This document shows, piece by piece, positions 23,123 through 32,103 of a stretch of 38,148 bases of DNA. Where the stretch lies: NCBI GenBank assembly GCA_036257225.1, contig DATAFZ010000158.1, positions 1 through 38,148 of the forward strand. Direction: 5' to 3'. Origin of the DNA: Candidatus Limnocylindrales bacterium. GTDB lineage: Bacteria; Chloroflexota; Limnocylindria; Limnocylindrales; CSP1-4. The stretch's first letter is position 1; the number at the start of each line of letters is the position of its first letter. Under the pieces are notes generated by a model that did no database searches, was not told where the DNA came from, and saw only the letters and a list, made by a program, of their open reading frames with translations. Made by a program: the position numbers and the translations under genes.

Positions 23123-24328
23123 GTGTCACGCTCGCCCGATCCTCCGCCGATGAACGCAGCCGAGCTGCTGCGCGAGGTCGGGCTGCTCCCCGATGGGCCG
23201 GTCGTCTGGGGCCGCCCGGTCCCTGCGCGGTCGCCCGGTGTGTTCGTGGTCGAGCTGCCGGTGCCACGGCCACGGGCCCCGATCGAGCTGACCCGGGTCG
23301 GCAAGTGGGTGGAGCGAGTGCCGACGCTGACGCTCGACGGCCAGCGACCGACATCCCGGGCGGTCGCGGCACGGCTGGCGGCGTTCTGGTTGCCGTCGCA
23401 GGTCGTGCTCTATGTCGGCGCGGCGACGACGTCGATCGGTGGCCGGATCGCGGCGCAGCAACAGACCGCGCTCGGTGATCGGCGACCGCACCCCGGCGGT
23501 CAGTGGCTCCACGCCTTCGACCCGTCCGTGACGATGCGGGTGTGGTGGAGCGAGACCGACGCGCCCGAGGAGTACGAAGACGCGCTGCTCGGCGCGTTCG
23601 CGGCGAGCGTCCCGCCCGACGAGGCTGCGGGGCTCCCCGATACGGCCGTCGTACTGCCCTTCGCGAACCTGCGCCGGCCCACCGGTGAGCGGCGGGCCAC
23701 CGGCCTGGCCGGCTCGTTATTGCCCGACACGCGCCCGCCGGTGCCGCAGCCGACCCGGGTGGTCGTCATGCCGGACGGTGATGCCGAGGGCGCCCGAGCC
23801 GAGCCGCCGGAACGGCAGAGCCGCACCGCTCGGCCCCGGAAGGCGGCGCCCACGACGACGGCCACGACATCGCCGGGGGTCACGCTGACCGCTGACGGTG
23901 CTGCGCGCCTTCGCGCTGAGCTTGACGAGCTGACCGGCGTGCGACGTCCCGAGGTGGTCGGTCGGATCAGGGCGGCCAAGGAGCTCGGTGACTTGAAGGA
24001 GAACGCCGATTACACCTCTGCCCGCGAGGAACAGTCGTTCCTGGAGGGCCGGATCCAGGCCCTCGAGGCGCGGCTTCGCGAAGCGGTGATCGCCGAAGTC
24101 CCGGGCGCCGGGGCGGGCGCGGATGTGGGCTCGCGCGTGACGGTCGAGATCGACGGCTCGGAGATCACCTACACGCTGGTGGGATCGGCCGAGTCGGATC
24201 CGGGTGCCGGTCGACTGTCGATCGCGTCACCGGTAGGTCGCGCGCTGGTCGGGGCGAAAGCCGGCGATACCGTGCCGGTCGAGACGCCGCGCGGGGCCGT
24301 CACGTACCAGGTGACCGCGGTCGAGTAA
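23123..24328 (+). CDS. GreA-family transcript-cleavage factor fused to a ~250 aa uncharacterised N-terminal region (~205-aa folded domain plus a low-complexity linker)
   Basis: C-terminal residues ~252-401 show the GreA coiled coil (LTADGAARLRAELDEL...AKELGDLKENADYTSAREEQSFLEGRIQALEARL) and the FKBP-like globular domain (SIASPVGRALVGAKAGDTV). There is no in-frame stop between the N-domain, the Pro/Thr linker and the Gre part. Confidence 0.75.
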   Translation: MSRSPDPPPMNAAELLREVGLLPDGPVVWGRPVPARSPGVFVVELPVPRPRAPIELTRVGKWVERVPTLTLDGQRPTSRAVAARLAAFWLPSQVVLYVGAATTSIGGRIAAQQQTALGDRRPHPGGQWLHAFDPSVTMRVWWSETDAPEEYEDALLGAFAASVPPDEAAGLPDTAVVLPFANLRRPTGERRATGLAGSLLPDTRPPVPQPTRVVVMPDGDAEGARAEPPERQSRTARPRKAAPTTTATTSPGVTLTADGAARLRAELDELTGVRRPEVVGRIRAAKELGDLKENADYTSAREEQSFLEGRIQALEARLREAVIAEVPGAGAGADVGSRVTVEIDGSEITYTLVGSAESDPGAGRLSIASPVGRALVGAKAGDTVPVETPRGAVTYQVTAVE

Positions 24329-24536
24329 CGGCTGGGAAACCGGCAGACGACCCCGAGGCGGGCACTCGTCACCGATTCTCAGGCGGATGTCCGCTGGACG
24401 AGCAGTTGACACGAGTTACGGCAGCGGCCGTGCGGGGGCGCTCCCAGCTGTCGCTCCTCAGAGATGACCAATGCTCGCGTGACGGTCATCTGCCGGATCT
24501 CGCCGATGGGCGGGCTGAACCTATCCCTCCGCGCCG

Positions 24537-25256
24537 TTAGACCAGCTTGTGCTCGACCGCGTAGAGCGCGGCCTGGGTCCGCGACGCCAAGCCGAGCTTG
24601 CCCAGGATGTTCGACACGTAGGTGCGCGCGGTCCGCTCGGTGATGAACAGCTCGGTGCCGATCTCCTTGTTGCTCATCCCCTGCCCCAGCAGGCGGAGGA
24701 CGTCCTTCTCGCGTTCGGTGAGCGGCTCGGCCAGCTCGTCCTGGGGGGACTTCTTGGCGCGCATCCGCTGGGCGAGGAGCCGCGCGACCGCCGGATCGAG
24801 GTGGACCTCGCCGGCGAAGGCGGCACGAACCGCGGCGGCGACCTCCTCGGCCTCGGCGTCCTTGAGGACATAGCCAGACGCCCCGGCTTCGAGCGCGGAG
24901 GTGACCTTCTCTTCCTCGATGAACGAGGTCATCGTCACGATCTCGGTCTCGGGTCGCTCGGCCTTGATGCGGCCGATAGCGGTCACCCCGTCCATGTTCG
25001 GCATCAGCAGGTCCATCAGCACGACGTCGGGCTCGAGCCGGCGGGCCATCGCGACACCCTCGGACCCATCGGCGGCCTCGCCGACGACCTCGATGTCCGA
25101 CTGCAGGTCGAAGAACATCTTCAGTCCCATGCGCACGACCGCGTGGTCGTCCACGATCAGGACGCGGATCGGGGCGGGATCGGTCACGTCGGCTCCTGGC
25201 GCCGCATCGGCGCTGGTCGAGGCAAGGGTCGCGGGGAGCGTCGTCGAGTCTAGCAA
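24537..25256 (-). CDS. NarL/FixJ (LuxR-type HTH) response regulator
   Basis: REC domain (IRVLIVDDH, VLMDLLMPNMDG, SGYVLKD) plus LuxR HTH (LTEREKDVLRLLGQGMSNKEIGTELFITERTARTYVSNILGKLG). The start TTG 25256 lies 8 nt after GGAGG; GTG 25187 is an alternative. Confidence 0.9.
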   Translation of the reverse strand: MLDSTTLPATLASTSADAAPGADVTDPAPIRVLIVDDHAVVRMGLKMFFDLQSDIEVVGEAADGSEGVAMARRLEPDVVLMDLLMPNMDGVTAIGRIKAERPETEIVTMTSFIEEEKVTSALEAGASGYVLKDAEAEEVAAAVRAAFAGEVHLDPAVARLLAQRMRAKKSPQDELAEPLTEREKDVLRLLGQGMSNKEIGTELFITERTARTYVSNILGKLGLASRTQAALYAVEHKLV

Positions 25257-25282
25257 AGGACCAACCTCCGGCTTCGAGTCGG

Positions 25283-25696
25283 TCAGGCGGTTTCGGACGC
25301 GTGCTGCGGCGTGCCGGCCGCAAGCACCGCCGCGACGAGCTCGCTCGGTCGGAACGTCTTGCGCACGAACCCATCGGCACCGCTCTGGAGCACGGCTGCC
25401 TCGAGCGTGTCCGACCAGCTCATCGCGAGGATGCGGACGTCGGGCAGATCCGCCCGTAGTCGGGCGATGAGCGCCATCCCGCCGTCGACCTCGGGCAGTC
25501 GGGGATCGACGATCACGACGTCGGGTCGGTGGTCGATCGCGAGATCGAGGGCCGGACCGACCTGGCCGGCGCTGGCAATGACGATGCACCGCCCGCCGAT
25601 GGCGAGGAGACCGGTGAGACTCTCTCGCACCCGGTCATCGGCATCGACGACCAGGACACGGAGCGGGCCGTCGAACCTTGGACTGGGTGACTTCAT
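25283..25696 (-). CDS. Single-domain (CheY-like) receiver protein
   Basis: LRVLVVDADD, the phospho-acceptor context DVVIVDPRLPEVDG, and GADGFVRKTF with the conserved Lys. There is no output domain. Confidence 0.85.
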   Translation of the reverse strand: MKSPSPRFDGPLRVLVVDADDRVRESLTGLLAIGGRCIVIASAGQVGPALDLAIDHRPDVVIVDPRLPEVDGGMALIARLRADLPDVRILAMSWSDTLEAAVLQSGADGFVRKTFRPSELVAAVLAAGTPQHASETA

Positions 25697-25782
25697 TCCC
25701 CCATGGTGGGGCGTTATCGGTGGCGGGCGGAAGGGACCTTCGCCGAGGCCCCGGCTCGGCGGAACGACGACGAGCGACTACG

Positions 25783-28700
25783 TCATCCGTCGCGGATCGA
25801 GGTCACCTCGTCGTGGCTGGGCACGCGCGGAGCACTGGTCGACGCGGCCAGCCGCTCGAGCACCGACTGGTCCATCGTGACCTCGATCGTCGTGCCCGAA
25901 CCGGACTCGCTCGTGCAGACGAACTGCGCGCCGACGCGCTCCGCGCGAGCCCGCATCCCGGCCAGACCGAGGTGGCCCTCGGGTACACGCGTTTGATCGA
26001 AACCCCTGCCGTCGTCCTCGACGCGGAGGCGTACGCCACCGTCCAGCCGACGGACCTCGACGCGCACCCGGTGCGCCGCGGCGTGCTTCACGACGTTGTG
26101 GAGCGCCTCCTGCGCGATGCGGTAGAGGACCTCCTCGGCGGGCAGCGGCAGCCGGTCCGGAAGCTCGCTGTCCACGACGATGGGCAGACCGAGCCGACCT
26201 TGGAGCGCCGCAGCATGGGTCTTGAGCGCGCGCGAGAGGCCCTCTTGCTCGAGGTTGCCCGGGCGCAGCTCGAAGATCAGCGCGCGCATCTCGGCCAGCG
26301 CCTCGCGCTGGAGCTCGCGCAGCTGCGACAGCTGCTCACGCGCGGCATCGGGGTCACGCTCGAGGAGCATCTCGACCGATCGCGAGACGAGCGTCATCGA
26401 GAACAGCGCCTGCGTGACCGAGTCGTGCAGCTCGCGCGCAAGGTGGGCACGTTCCTCGCCAGCGGCGAGCTCGCCGGCCTGTCGCCGCAGCTCGTTCTCG
26501 AGGCGGACCTGGTCGCTGACGTCACGTGTCGCGCCCTGGATCCCGGCGAAGGCGTCGCCGTCCGTGATGCCGATCGCCCGGACGTCGACCGGCACGCGCC
26601 GGCCGTCGACGCCCCGCAGCACGAGCGCCGCCTGCTGTTCGCGGTCGGGGTGCGCTACCAGCTCCGCCCAACGGTTGCCGGCGACCGGGATCGTCGTCTG
26701 GTCGATGATCACCGAGAAGTGCTGACCGATGACATCGTCGGCGCGGTGGCCGGTGACCCGCTCGATGGCGTCGGAAAGGAACGTGAACCGACCCTCCGCG
26801 TCGGTGGAGAACACGATGTCCGGCGAGTTCTGCACCAGGAACCGGAACCGCTCCTCGGACTGGCTCAGCTCGCGCTCGAGGCGCAGCCGCTCCGAGATAT
26901 CGCGTGCGACGCCGTTGATCCCGACGAGGACCCCGTCCTCGACCTTACCAAGGACGTTGATCTCGAGCGCGCGCGCTGCGCCAGCGCCGTCGAGGAAGTC
27001 GATGCGGACCGAGTGGACGCTCGTCGGGTGGGCGAGGACGGCCTCATAGCTGGCCGCTGCCGCGGCCTCCCAGCCCGGCGCGATGAAGTCCATGAACGGT
27101 CGCCCGAGGCTGCGCTCGAGATCCCAGCCGAGCATGGTGGAGGCGCGGTCGGAGAGGAACGTGTACCGACCCTCGGCATCGGTCGCGAAGACCATGTCCG
27201 GTGAGGATGAGGCGAGGTTCCGGTAGCGATCCTCCGAGGCTCGCAGGTCCCGCTCGAGGCGATCGTGGTCGCGCATGTCGCGGACCGAGCCGTTCGCGCC
27301 GGCGAACCGACCGGCATCGTCGAGCGTCGCGAGCGCGATGAACTCGGCCGGCACGGCGGAGCCGTCGCGGTGGCGCAGGTTGAGCCGGCCACGGACCTCC
27401 TGCGACGGGCGGACGAGGGCCGCGGTCCAGTCGATCTCGGCGACCTCGCTCGACGACTCATGGACGAGCGCGCCGAAATGCTGCCCGAGCAGCTCCTCGG
27501 GCCGGAAGCCGGTGAGGCGCTCGACGGCGGCCGACAGGAACGTCAGGCGCGCGTCCGGCCCGATCGACCAGATCAGGTCCGGGGCGTTCTGGACGAGGTA
27601 CCGGTAGCGCTCCTCCGACGCGCGCAGCTCACGTTCGAGACGGGCGCGCTCTGACACGTCGCGAACGGTGCCCTGGGCACCGACCCAGCGGCCGTCCTCG
27701 AAGACGCCCGCGGTCGTCACCTCCGCAGCGAAGGACGAGCCATCCTGGCGGACGAGCGTGAGGGGCACGCGTTCGACCAGATCGGGGTCGCGGCTGACGG
27801 CTTCGTACGCGACGAGCGCCGTCGGCATCGAATCGGGCTCGGTCAGGAAGCCGAAGTGTTCGCCGATGATCCGGTCGACGGGCCACCCGAAGAGCGCCTC
27901 CCCAGAGTCGGCCATGAACGTGAACACGCCTTCGGTGTCGGCCCGCCAGATGACGTCGGGCGTTGTCTGGACGAGACCGCGGAATCGCGCTTCTTCCTGG
28001 GTCACGCGCCACAACAGATTCGAGTTCGTCAGCGCGATGGCGGCCTGGTCGGCCAGGCCCTGGAGCAGGTCCAGGTCGTCGGCCTCGAAGGCACGTGGCT
28101 GCGCGGTCGAGATCGCGAGCGTCCCGATGACCTCACCGCCCGGAGCGCGCAGCGGTGCCGCGGCCATGCCGACCAGGCCCATCCGGCGGGCGACCTGCTG
28201 GTCGTCGGGTTCGTGCGGGATGCGCGGGTCGGTCAGGTACTCGGATGTCCAGACCGGCACGCCGCTCTGGGCGGCCAGCCCGTTGATCCCGCCACCGAGG
28301 GGGAAGCGCATGCCCAGCAGCCAGTCGCGGGCCTCGGGCCCGACGCCCCCGGCCACGACCACCGGGATGAGGTAGTCGCCGGCCGGTGCCATGCGCGTCA
28401 GATGCGCCCCATCGCTCTCGAGCAGACGCTTGGCGTCTTCGACCACCCGCTCGAGGACTTCATCCGGGTCCCGCAGCGCGGCGATCCGCGCCGTGATGTC
28501 GCGCAGCGACCGCTCCGTCTCGGCCCGGCGCGCGAGCGCGAGCTGAGAGCGCTTCAGCTCGTCGATCAACCGGGCGTTCGTGATCGCGATCGCCGCCTGC
28601 TCCGCGAGGCCGCCGAGCACCGCCGCATCCAGCTCGTCGAAGGCGTTCGGCTCGTGACTGATGACCTCGATCGCGCCGAGCGGGCCGGCCTCGCCGAGGA

Positions 28701-31344
28701 TCGGGACCGCGATCAGGTCACGCACCCGGGCGAGCTCGGCGAGCGAATCGGTCAGGTCGTCGTGCTCGAACTCCGCGGAGCTGTAGTCGCCTACGTGGAC
28801 CGGGCGGCGCTCCGCGACCGCCTTGCCGGCCACCCCCTTGCCGACGCGCAGGCTGTTGCGCTTGAGCGCCTCGCGCTGTGCCTCCGGGAGGCCCGCGTCA
28901 TACGCCCACAGCAGGGCCTCGCGCTGGGGGTCGTACTGGTCGATGACCGCGCCATCGGCGCGCAGCAGCCGGCGGGCTTCGTCGACCACGTCCTGGAGCA
29001 CTTCGTCGGGCTCGCGGAGCGCGTTGATACGGGCCGCGATCTGGCGCAGGCTGCGCTCGGCCTCGGCACGGCGTTCGATGTCGGACTGGGAGCGTGCCAG
29101 TGCCTCCATCAGGTTGGCGTTGACGATCGCGATCGAGGCATGGGTCGCGAGGGCGGTCAGGGTCTCCACGTGCGAGTCGCTGTAGGCGCCGAGCTCGCGG
29201 GATACGACCGACAGCACGCCGAGCGGGCGCGCGTCCTCCCCGGTCAGCGGCACCGCGATGACCGCGCGGATCCCGGCGTCCCGGATGAACCGCTCGATGC
29301 CTGGCGTGGTCTGGAAACGATCGTCGGCCAGGAGATCGGCCGTCATCTGCGGACGCTGCTCGGCGAATGCCAGGCCGGCGACGGCCTGGCCGGGCTTGAT
29401 GCCGCCGCTGCGCCCCCAGTCTGGGACGTCGCGCATCGCGTCCCCTGCCGAGTACGCCCACATGAGCGAGCCCGACTCTTCGTCCCACAGGTCGATGCGC
29501 GAGCCATCCGACTCGAGCAGGCGGGCGGCCTCCACGACGATCCGATCGAGCACCTCGGTCGGATCGAGGATCGACGAGACCCGGACGGCGATCTCGCGAA
29601 GCGTGCGCTCGGCATCGGCGCGCCGCGCGTTCTCTTCCCGCGATCGCTCGAGATCGGCGATCAGCCGCACATTGGCGATGGCGACCGCGGCCTGGCCGGC
29701 CAGGCCCGCGAGTACCGCGCCATCCTGCTCATCGAAGCCGTCCGGCCGCTCGCTGTAGACGGTCACTGCTCCGATGACCTCGCCGCGGCGCAGCAGCGGC
29801 GCCGCCATGACCGACTTGATGCCGCCGGCCAGCACGAAGGCATCCCGTTCCGGGGTGTGCTCGAAGCGCCGGTCGGCCAGATAGTCGCCGCTCGACTCGA
29901 CCTTGCCGGTGCGCAGCGTCAGCCCCGAGACGCCGGCGTCGGGCGTGAGCTGGACCTCAGTCAGGAACTTCTCGTCGTACTCGAGACGGTTGTCCGTGTG
30001 GCGAGACGCGCCGCCGGCGGCATCGGTCGGATCGATCAGGTCGATCATCGCCCCGCTGGATCGGAGCAGACGCGTGGCCGCCTCGACCACCGCCTGCAGG
30101 ATCTCGTCCTTGTCGCGCATCGCGGTGACACTCGCCGCGATCTCACGCAGCGTGCGCTCCGCTTCGGCCGTGCGCTCGAGCGCGGCGCGCGATTCGGCGA
30201 GCTCGGCGATGAGCCGCGCGTTGGTGATCGCGATGGCGGCCTGCCCGGCGAGGGCCCGGATGAGTGCCGCGTCCGCTTCGTCGAATGCATCCGGCCGGAC
30301 GGCGTAGACCTCGATCACGCCGAGCGGGCCGTGCTCCCCGGTGATGGGCGCGGCGATCATCGAGCGGAACCCGGTCCGTGCGTAGAACTCGGTGTTCTCG
30401 GGGCCGGGCGGGAAGAGCGATGCCAGATCGTCCCCGGCGACGACGACGCGGTCCTCGGCGACGGCCACACCCGTGGCTCCCTCGCCGACCGAGATCCACA
30501 ACTTCGCCCGCTCCTCCGCTGAGAACCAGCGGCGCAAGCCATCGTCATAGGCCCAGCGCAGATCGCCCGTGTCGGGGTCGAGAAGGTCGAGGATCGCGCC
30601 CTCACCGCCTACCAGGCGGCTGGCAAGCTCAACGACCTCTTGCAGGATCTCGGCCGGGTCGCGGAGTGCCGTGATGCGCGCCGCGAGCTCGCGCAATGCC
30701 TGGTCCGCGGCCGCGCGCCGGGCTAGGTGATTGCGCGACCGATCGAGCTCCTGGCGGGACCGATCCAGTTCCTCGATGAGCCGCGTGTTGGCCATCGCGC
30801 TCGCGGCGTGCTCGGCGAGCGACCGGACCAGCGCGATCTGGGCAGCGTCGAAGGCATCCTGGCGCTTGGAGAAAGCCCCGAGCGCGCCGAACACCTCGTC
30901 GCCCGCAGCGAGCGGGGCCACGACCATCGATCTGATCCCGAGATCGTCGACCACGCGGTCCGCGCTGGCCGCGTGGCGGAAGGACGCGTCGGCCCGGTAG
31001 TCGGTCGTCGTCACCACCGCCCGATCGGCGACGGCCCGCCCGAACATCCCGACGCCCGGCGCGAGCTGGATGGCGCGGATCCACTCGCGCGTGCGTGCCT
31101 TCTTGATGCCCGCGTCGTGGGCGAAGCGCAGGTTGCCGGTGGCCGGATCGACGAGGTAGACCATCGCGCCGTCCGCGTCGAGCAGGCGCGCGGTCTCATC
31201 GACCGCCGCGATCAGCAGGCCGTGGAGGACCCCGGCACCGCCATCCGGGTCGCCACGACGGCGGGGCGGCGTGCTGGCCGGGGCGGACGAGGCGGCTCGG
31301 GGCTTGCGCGTGGGACGAGGGCGGGACGGTGCGGTCATCGGCAT
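25783..31344 (-). CDS. Giant cytoplasmic sensor histidine kinase: 6 tandem GAF + 4 tandem PAS + HisKA_3 + HATPase_c
   Basis: H-box ERAHLARELHDSVTQALF (His codon about 26425-26427), N-box EALHNVVKHA, G1 VEDDGRGF, and G2 GLAGMRARAERVGA. The ten sensor modules are described in the repeat features. The start is taken at ATG 31344 (MPMTAPSRP); the track start is 31518. No TM helix is visible. Confidence 0.9.
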   Translation of the reverse strand: MPMTAPSRPRPTRKPRAASSAPASTPPRRRGDPDGGAGVLHGLLIAAVDETARLLDADGAMVYLVDPATGNLRFAHDAGIKKARTREWIRAIQLAPGVGMFGRAVADRAVVTTTDYRADASFRHAASADRVVDDLGIRSMVVAPLAAGDEVFGALGAFSKRQDAFDAAQIALVRSLAEHAASAMANTRLIEELDRSRQELDRSRNHLARRAAADQALRELAARITALRDPAEILQEVVELASRLVGGEGAILDLLDPDTGDLRWAYDDGLRRWFSAEERAKLWISVGEGATGVAVAEDRVVVAGDDLASLFPPGPENTEFYARTGFRSMIAAPITGEHGPLGVIEVYAVRPDAFDEADAALIRALAGQAAIAITNARLIAELAESRAALERTAEAERTLREIAASVTAMRDKDEILQAVVEAATRLLRSSGAMIDLIDPTDAAGGASRHTDNRLEYDEKFLTEVQLTPDAGVSGLTLRTGKVESSGDYLADRRFEHTPERDAFVLAGGIKSVMAAPLLRRGEVIGAVTVYSERPDGFDEQDGAVLAGLAGQAAVAIANVRLIADLERSREENARRADAERTLREIAVRVSSILDPTEVLDRIVVEAARLLESDGSRIDLWDEESGSLMWAYSAGDAMRDVPDWGRSGGIKPGQAVAGLAFAEQRPQMTADLLADDRFQTTPGIERFIRDAGIRAVIAVPLTGEDARPLGVLSVVSRELGAYSDSHVETLTALATHASIAIVNANLMEALARSQSDIERRAEAERSLRQIAARINALREPDEVLQDVVDEARRLLRADGAVIDQYDPQREALLWAYDAGLPEAQREALKRNSLRVGKGVAGKAVAERRPVHVGDYSSAEFEHDDLTDSLAELARVRDLIAVPILGEAGPLGAIEVISHEPNAFDELDAAVLGGLAEQAAIAITNARLIDELKRSQLALARRAETERSLRDITARIAALRDPDEVLERVVEDAKRLLESDGAHLTRMAPAGDYLIPVVVAGGVGPEARDWLLGMRFPLGGGINGLAAQSGVPVWTSEYLTDPRIPHEPDDQQVARRMGLVGMAAAPLRAPGGEVIGTLAISTAQPRAFEADDLDLLQGLADQAAIALTNSNLLWRVTQEEARFRGLVQTTPDVIWRADTEGVFTFMADSGEALFGWPVDRIIGEHFGFLTEPDSMPTALVAYEAVSRDPDLVERVPLTLVRQDGSSFAAEVTTAGVFEDGRWVGAQGTVRDVSERARLERELRASEERYRYLVQNAPDLIWSIGPDARLTFLSAAVERLTGFRPEELLGQHFGALVHESSSEVAEIDWTAALVRPSQEVRGRLNLRHRDGSAVPAEFIALATLDDAGRFAGANGSVRDMRDHDRLERDLRASEDRYRNLASSSPDMVFATDAEGRYTFLSDRASTMLGWDLERSLGRPFMDFIAPGWEAAAAASYEAVLAHPTSVHSVRIDFLDGAGAARALEINVLGKVEDGVLVGINGVARDISERLRLERELSQSEERFRFLVQNSPDIVFSTDAEGRFTFLSDAIERVTGHRADDVIGQHFSVIIDQTTIPVAGNRWAELVAHPDREQQAALVLRGVDGRRVPVDVRAIGITDGDAFAGIQGATRDVSDQVRLENELRRQAGELAAGEERAHLARELHDSVTQALFSMTLVSRSVEMLLERDPDAAREQLSQLRELQREALAEMRALIFELRPGNLEQEGLSRALKTHAAALQGRLGLPIVVDSELPDRLPLPAEEVLYRIAQEALHNVVKHAAAHRVRVEVRRLDGGVRLRVEDDGRGFDQTRVPEGHLGLAGMRARAERVGAQFVCTSESGSGTTIEVTMDQSVLERLAASTSAPRVPSHDEVTSIRDG
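26515..27993 (-). repeat. Intragenic array of four PAS modules
   Basis: The entry motifs are EEARFRGLVQTTPDVIWRADTEGVFTF, SEERYRYLVQNAPDLIWSIGPDARLTFLS, SEDRYRNLASSSPDMVFATDAEGRYTFLS and SEERFRFLVQNSPDIVFSTDAEGRFTFLS. Each module ends in G..RD(V/I/M)S(E/D) + RLE(R/N)(E/D)L. Approximate bounds are 27649-27993, 27274-27618, 26884-27237 and 26515-26862. Confidence 0.7.
28015..31230 (-). repeat. Intragenic array of six GAF-domain modules (~165-180 aa each) joined by coiled-coil linkers
   Basis: The recurring linker/entry signature is RLIxEL..SR..L.RRAxAERxLRxIA...L(R)DP.E(I/V)L. Examples are ADQALRELAARITALRDPAEIL, AEAERTLREIAASVTAMRDKDEIL, ADAERTLREIAVRVSSILDPTEVL, AEAERSLRQIAARINALREPDEVL and AETERSLRDITARIAALRDPDEVL. 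Approximate module bounds are 30784-31230, 30214-30696, 29659-30156, 29104-29610, 28564-29055 and 28015-28515. Confidence 0.7.
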
Positions 31345-31571
31345 CCGAGGATACGCCGGGCCGTCGAACACGTGGCATCGCCGTTCGGCCGAGCCGTCTA
31401 CGTCATCCGGCCGATACCGGGCTGGACATCGAGCGATGATCGACCGAGGGCGAGCGTCGGCTCCGATCGCGGTCCCTTGCCGGGCGTCAGGGCGGGGCAG
31501 CGGGCCGAGCATGGCCACATCACCGACCGGACTGATCCGGCGCCACCCATAGACGAGGTCCCGACACCGAG

Positions 31572-32000
31572 ATGTTCGCCACCCGAACGCCGCTCCGCCT
31601 TTCCGACGTCGTGATCCGCGCCGCGATCGTCGGTCTCGCCGTCGCCACGGGGTACATCCATCTGACCCTGGGCGGCCTCCTCTTCACGCTGAATGCGACC
31701 GGCTACTTCGTCGCTGCCGCGGCGATGATCGTCCCCTTGGCGCTGGCGGTCCGCTTCCGCTGGTTCATCCGCCTCGGCCTGATGGGCTACGCGGTCACGA
31801 CCATCGTCGCCTGGGCGATCCAGGGTCCGTACTTCCAGACGGCGTACATCGCCAAGGCCATCGAGGTCGCGTTGATCGCAGTCCTGGTGATCGACTTCGC
31901 CCGCATGGACGGCAACCCGGTCGCGGTCGTCAAGCGCGAGCTTGGCGCCCTGACCACGTTCGTCACGTCCCGCGGCCGCTCGGCAGGTGCGGAGGCGTAA
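31572..32000 (+). CDS. Integral membrane protein (4 predicted TM helices), unknown function
   Basis: Hydrophobic helices IRAAIVGLAVATGYIHL, LLFTLNATGYFVAAAAMIVPLAL, LGLMGYAVTTIVAWAI and AIEVALIAVLVIDF. It lies immediately upstream of a cupredoxin gene. Confidence 0.7.
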   Translation: MFATRTPLRLSDVVIRAAIVGLAVATGYIHLTLGGLLFTLNATGYFVAAAAMIVPLALAVRFRWFIRLGLMGYAVTTIVAWAIQGPYFQTAYIAKAIEVALIAVLVIDFARMDGNPVAVVKRELGALTTFVTSRGRSAGAEA

Positions 32001-32103
32001 GGGATCCGCGATCCGCGTTACCGTTAGCACTTCACTGCCGACACAACGGATCGAGCCGCGTCCGCGGGACGCGGCTCGTTCCACGTTCGAAGGAGCCCCA
32101 CGC

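Noticed and set aside
27856-30522. An 888-aa plus-strand ORF. Similar long ORFs run at 25678-27204, 30727-31614, 1840-2931, 6797-7969, 15494-16855, 19091-20488 and 36530-37846.
   Set aside because: These are antisense or out-of-frame shadows of clearly recognisable genes. They are extremely rich in Arg, Gly, Pro, Asp and Ala and carry no motifs. Long stop-free frames on the opposite strand are expected at this GC content.
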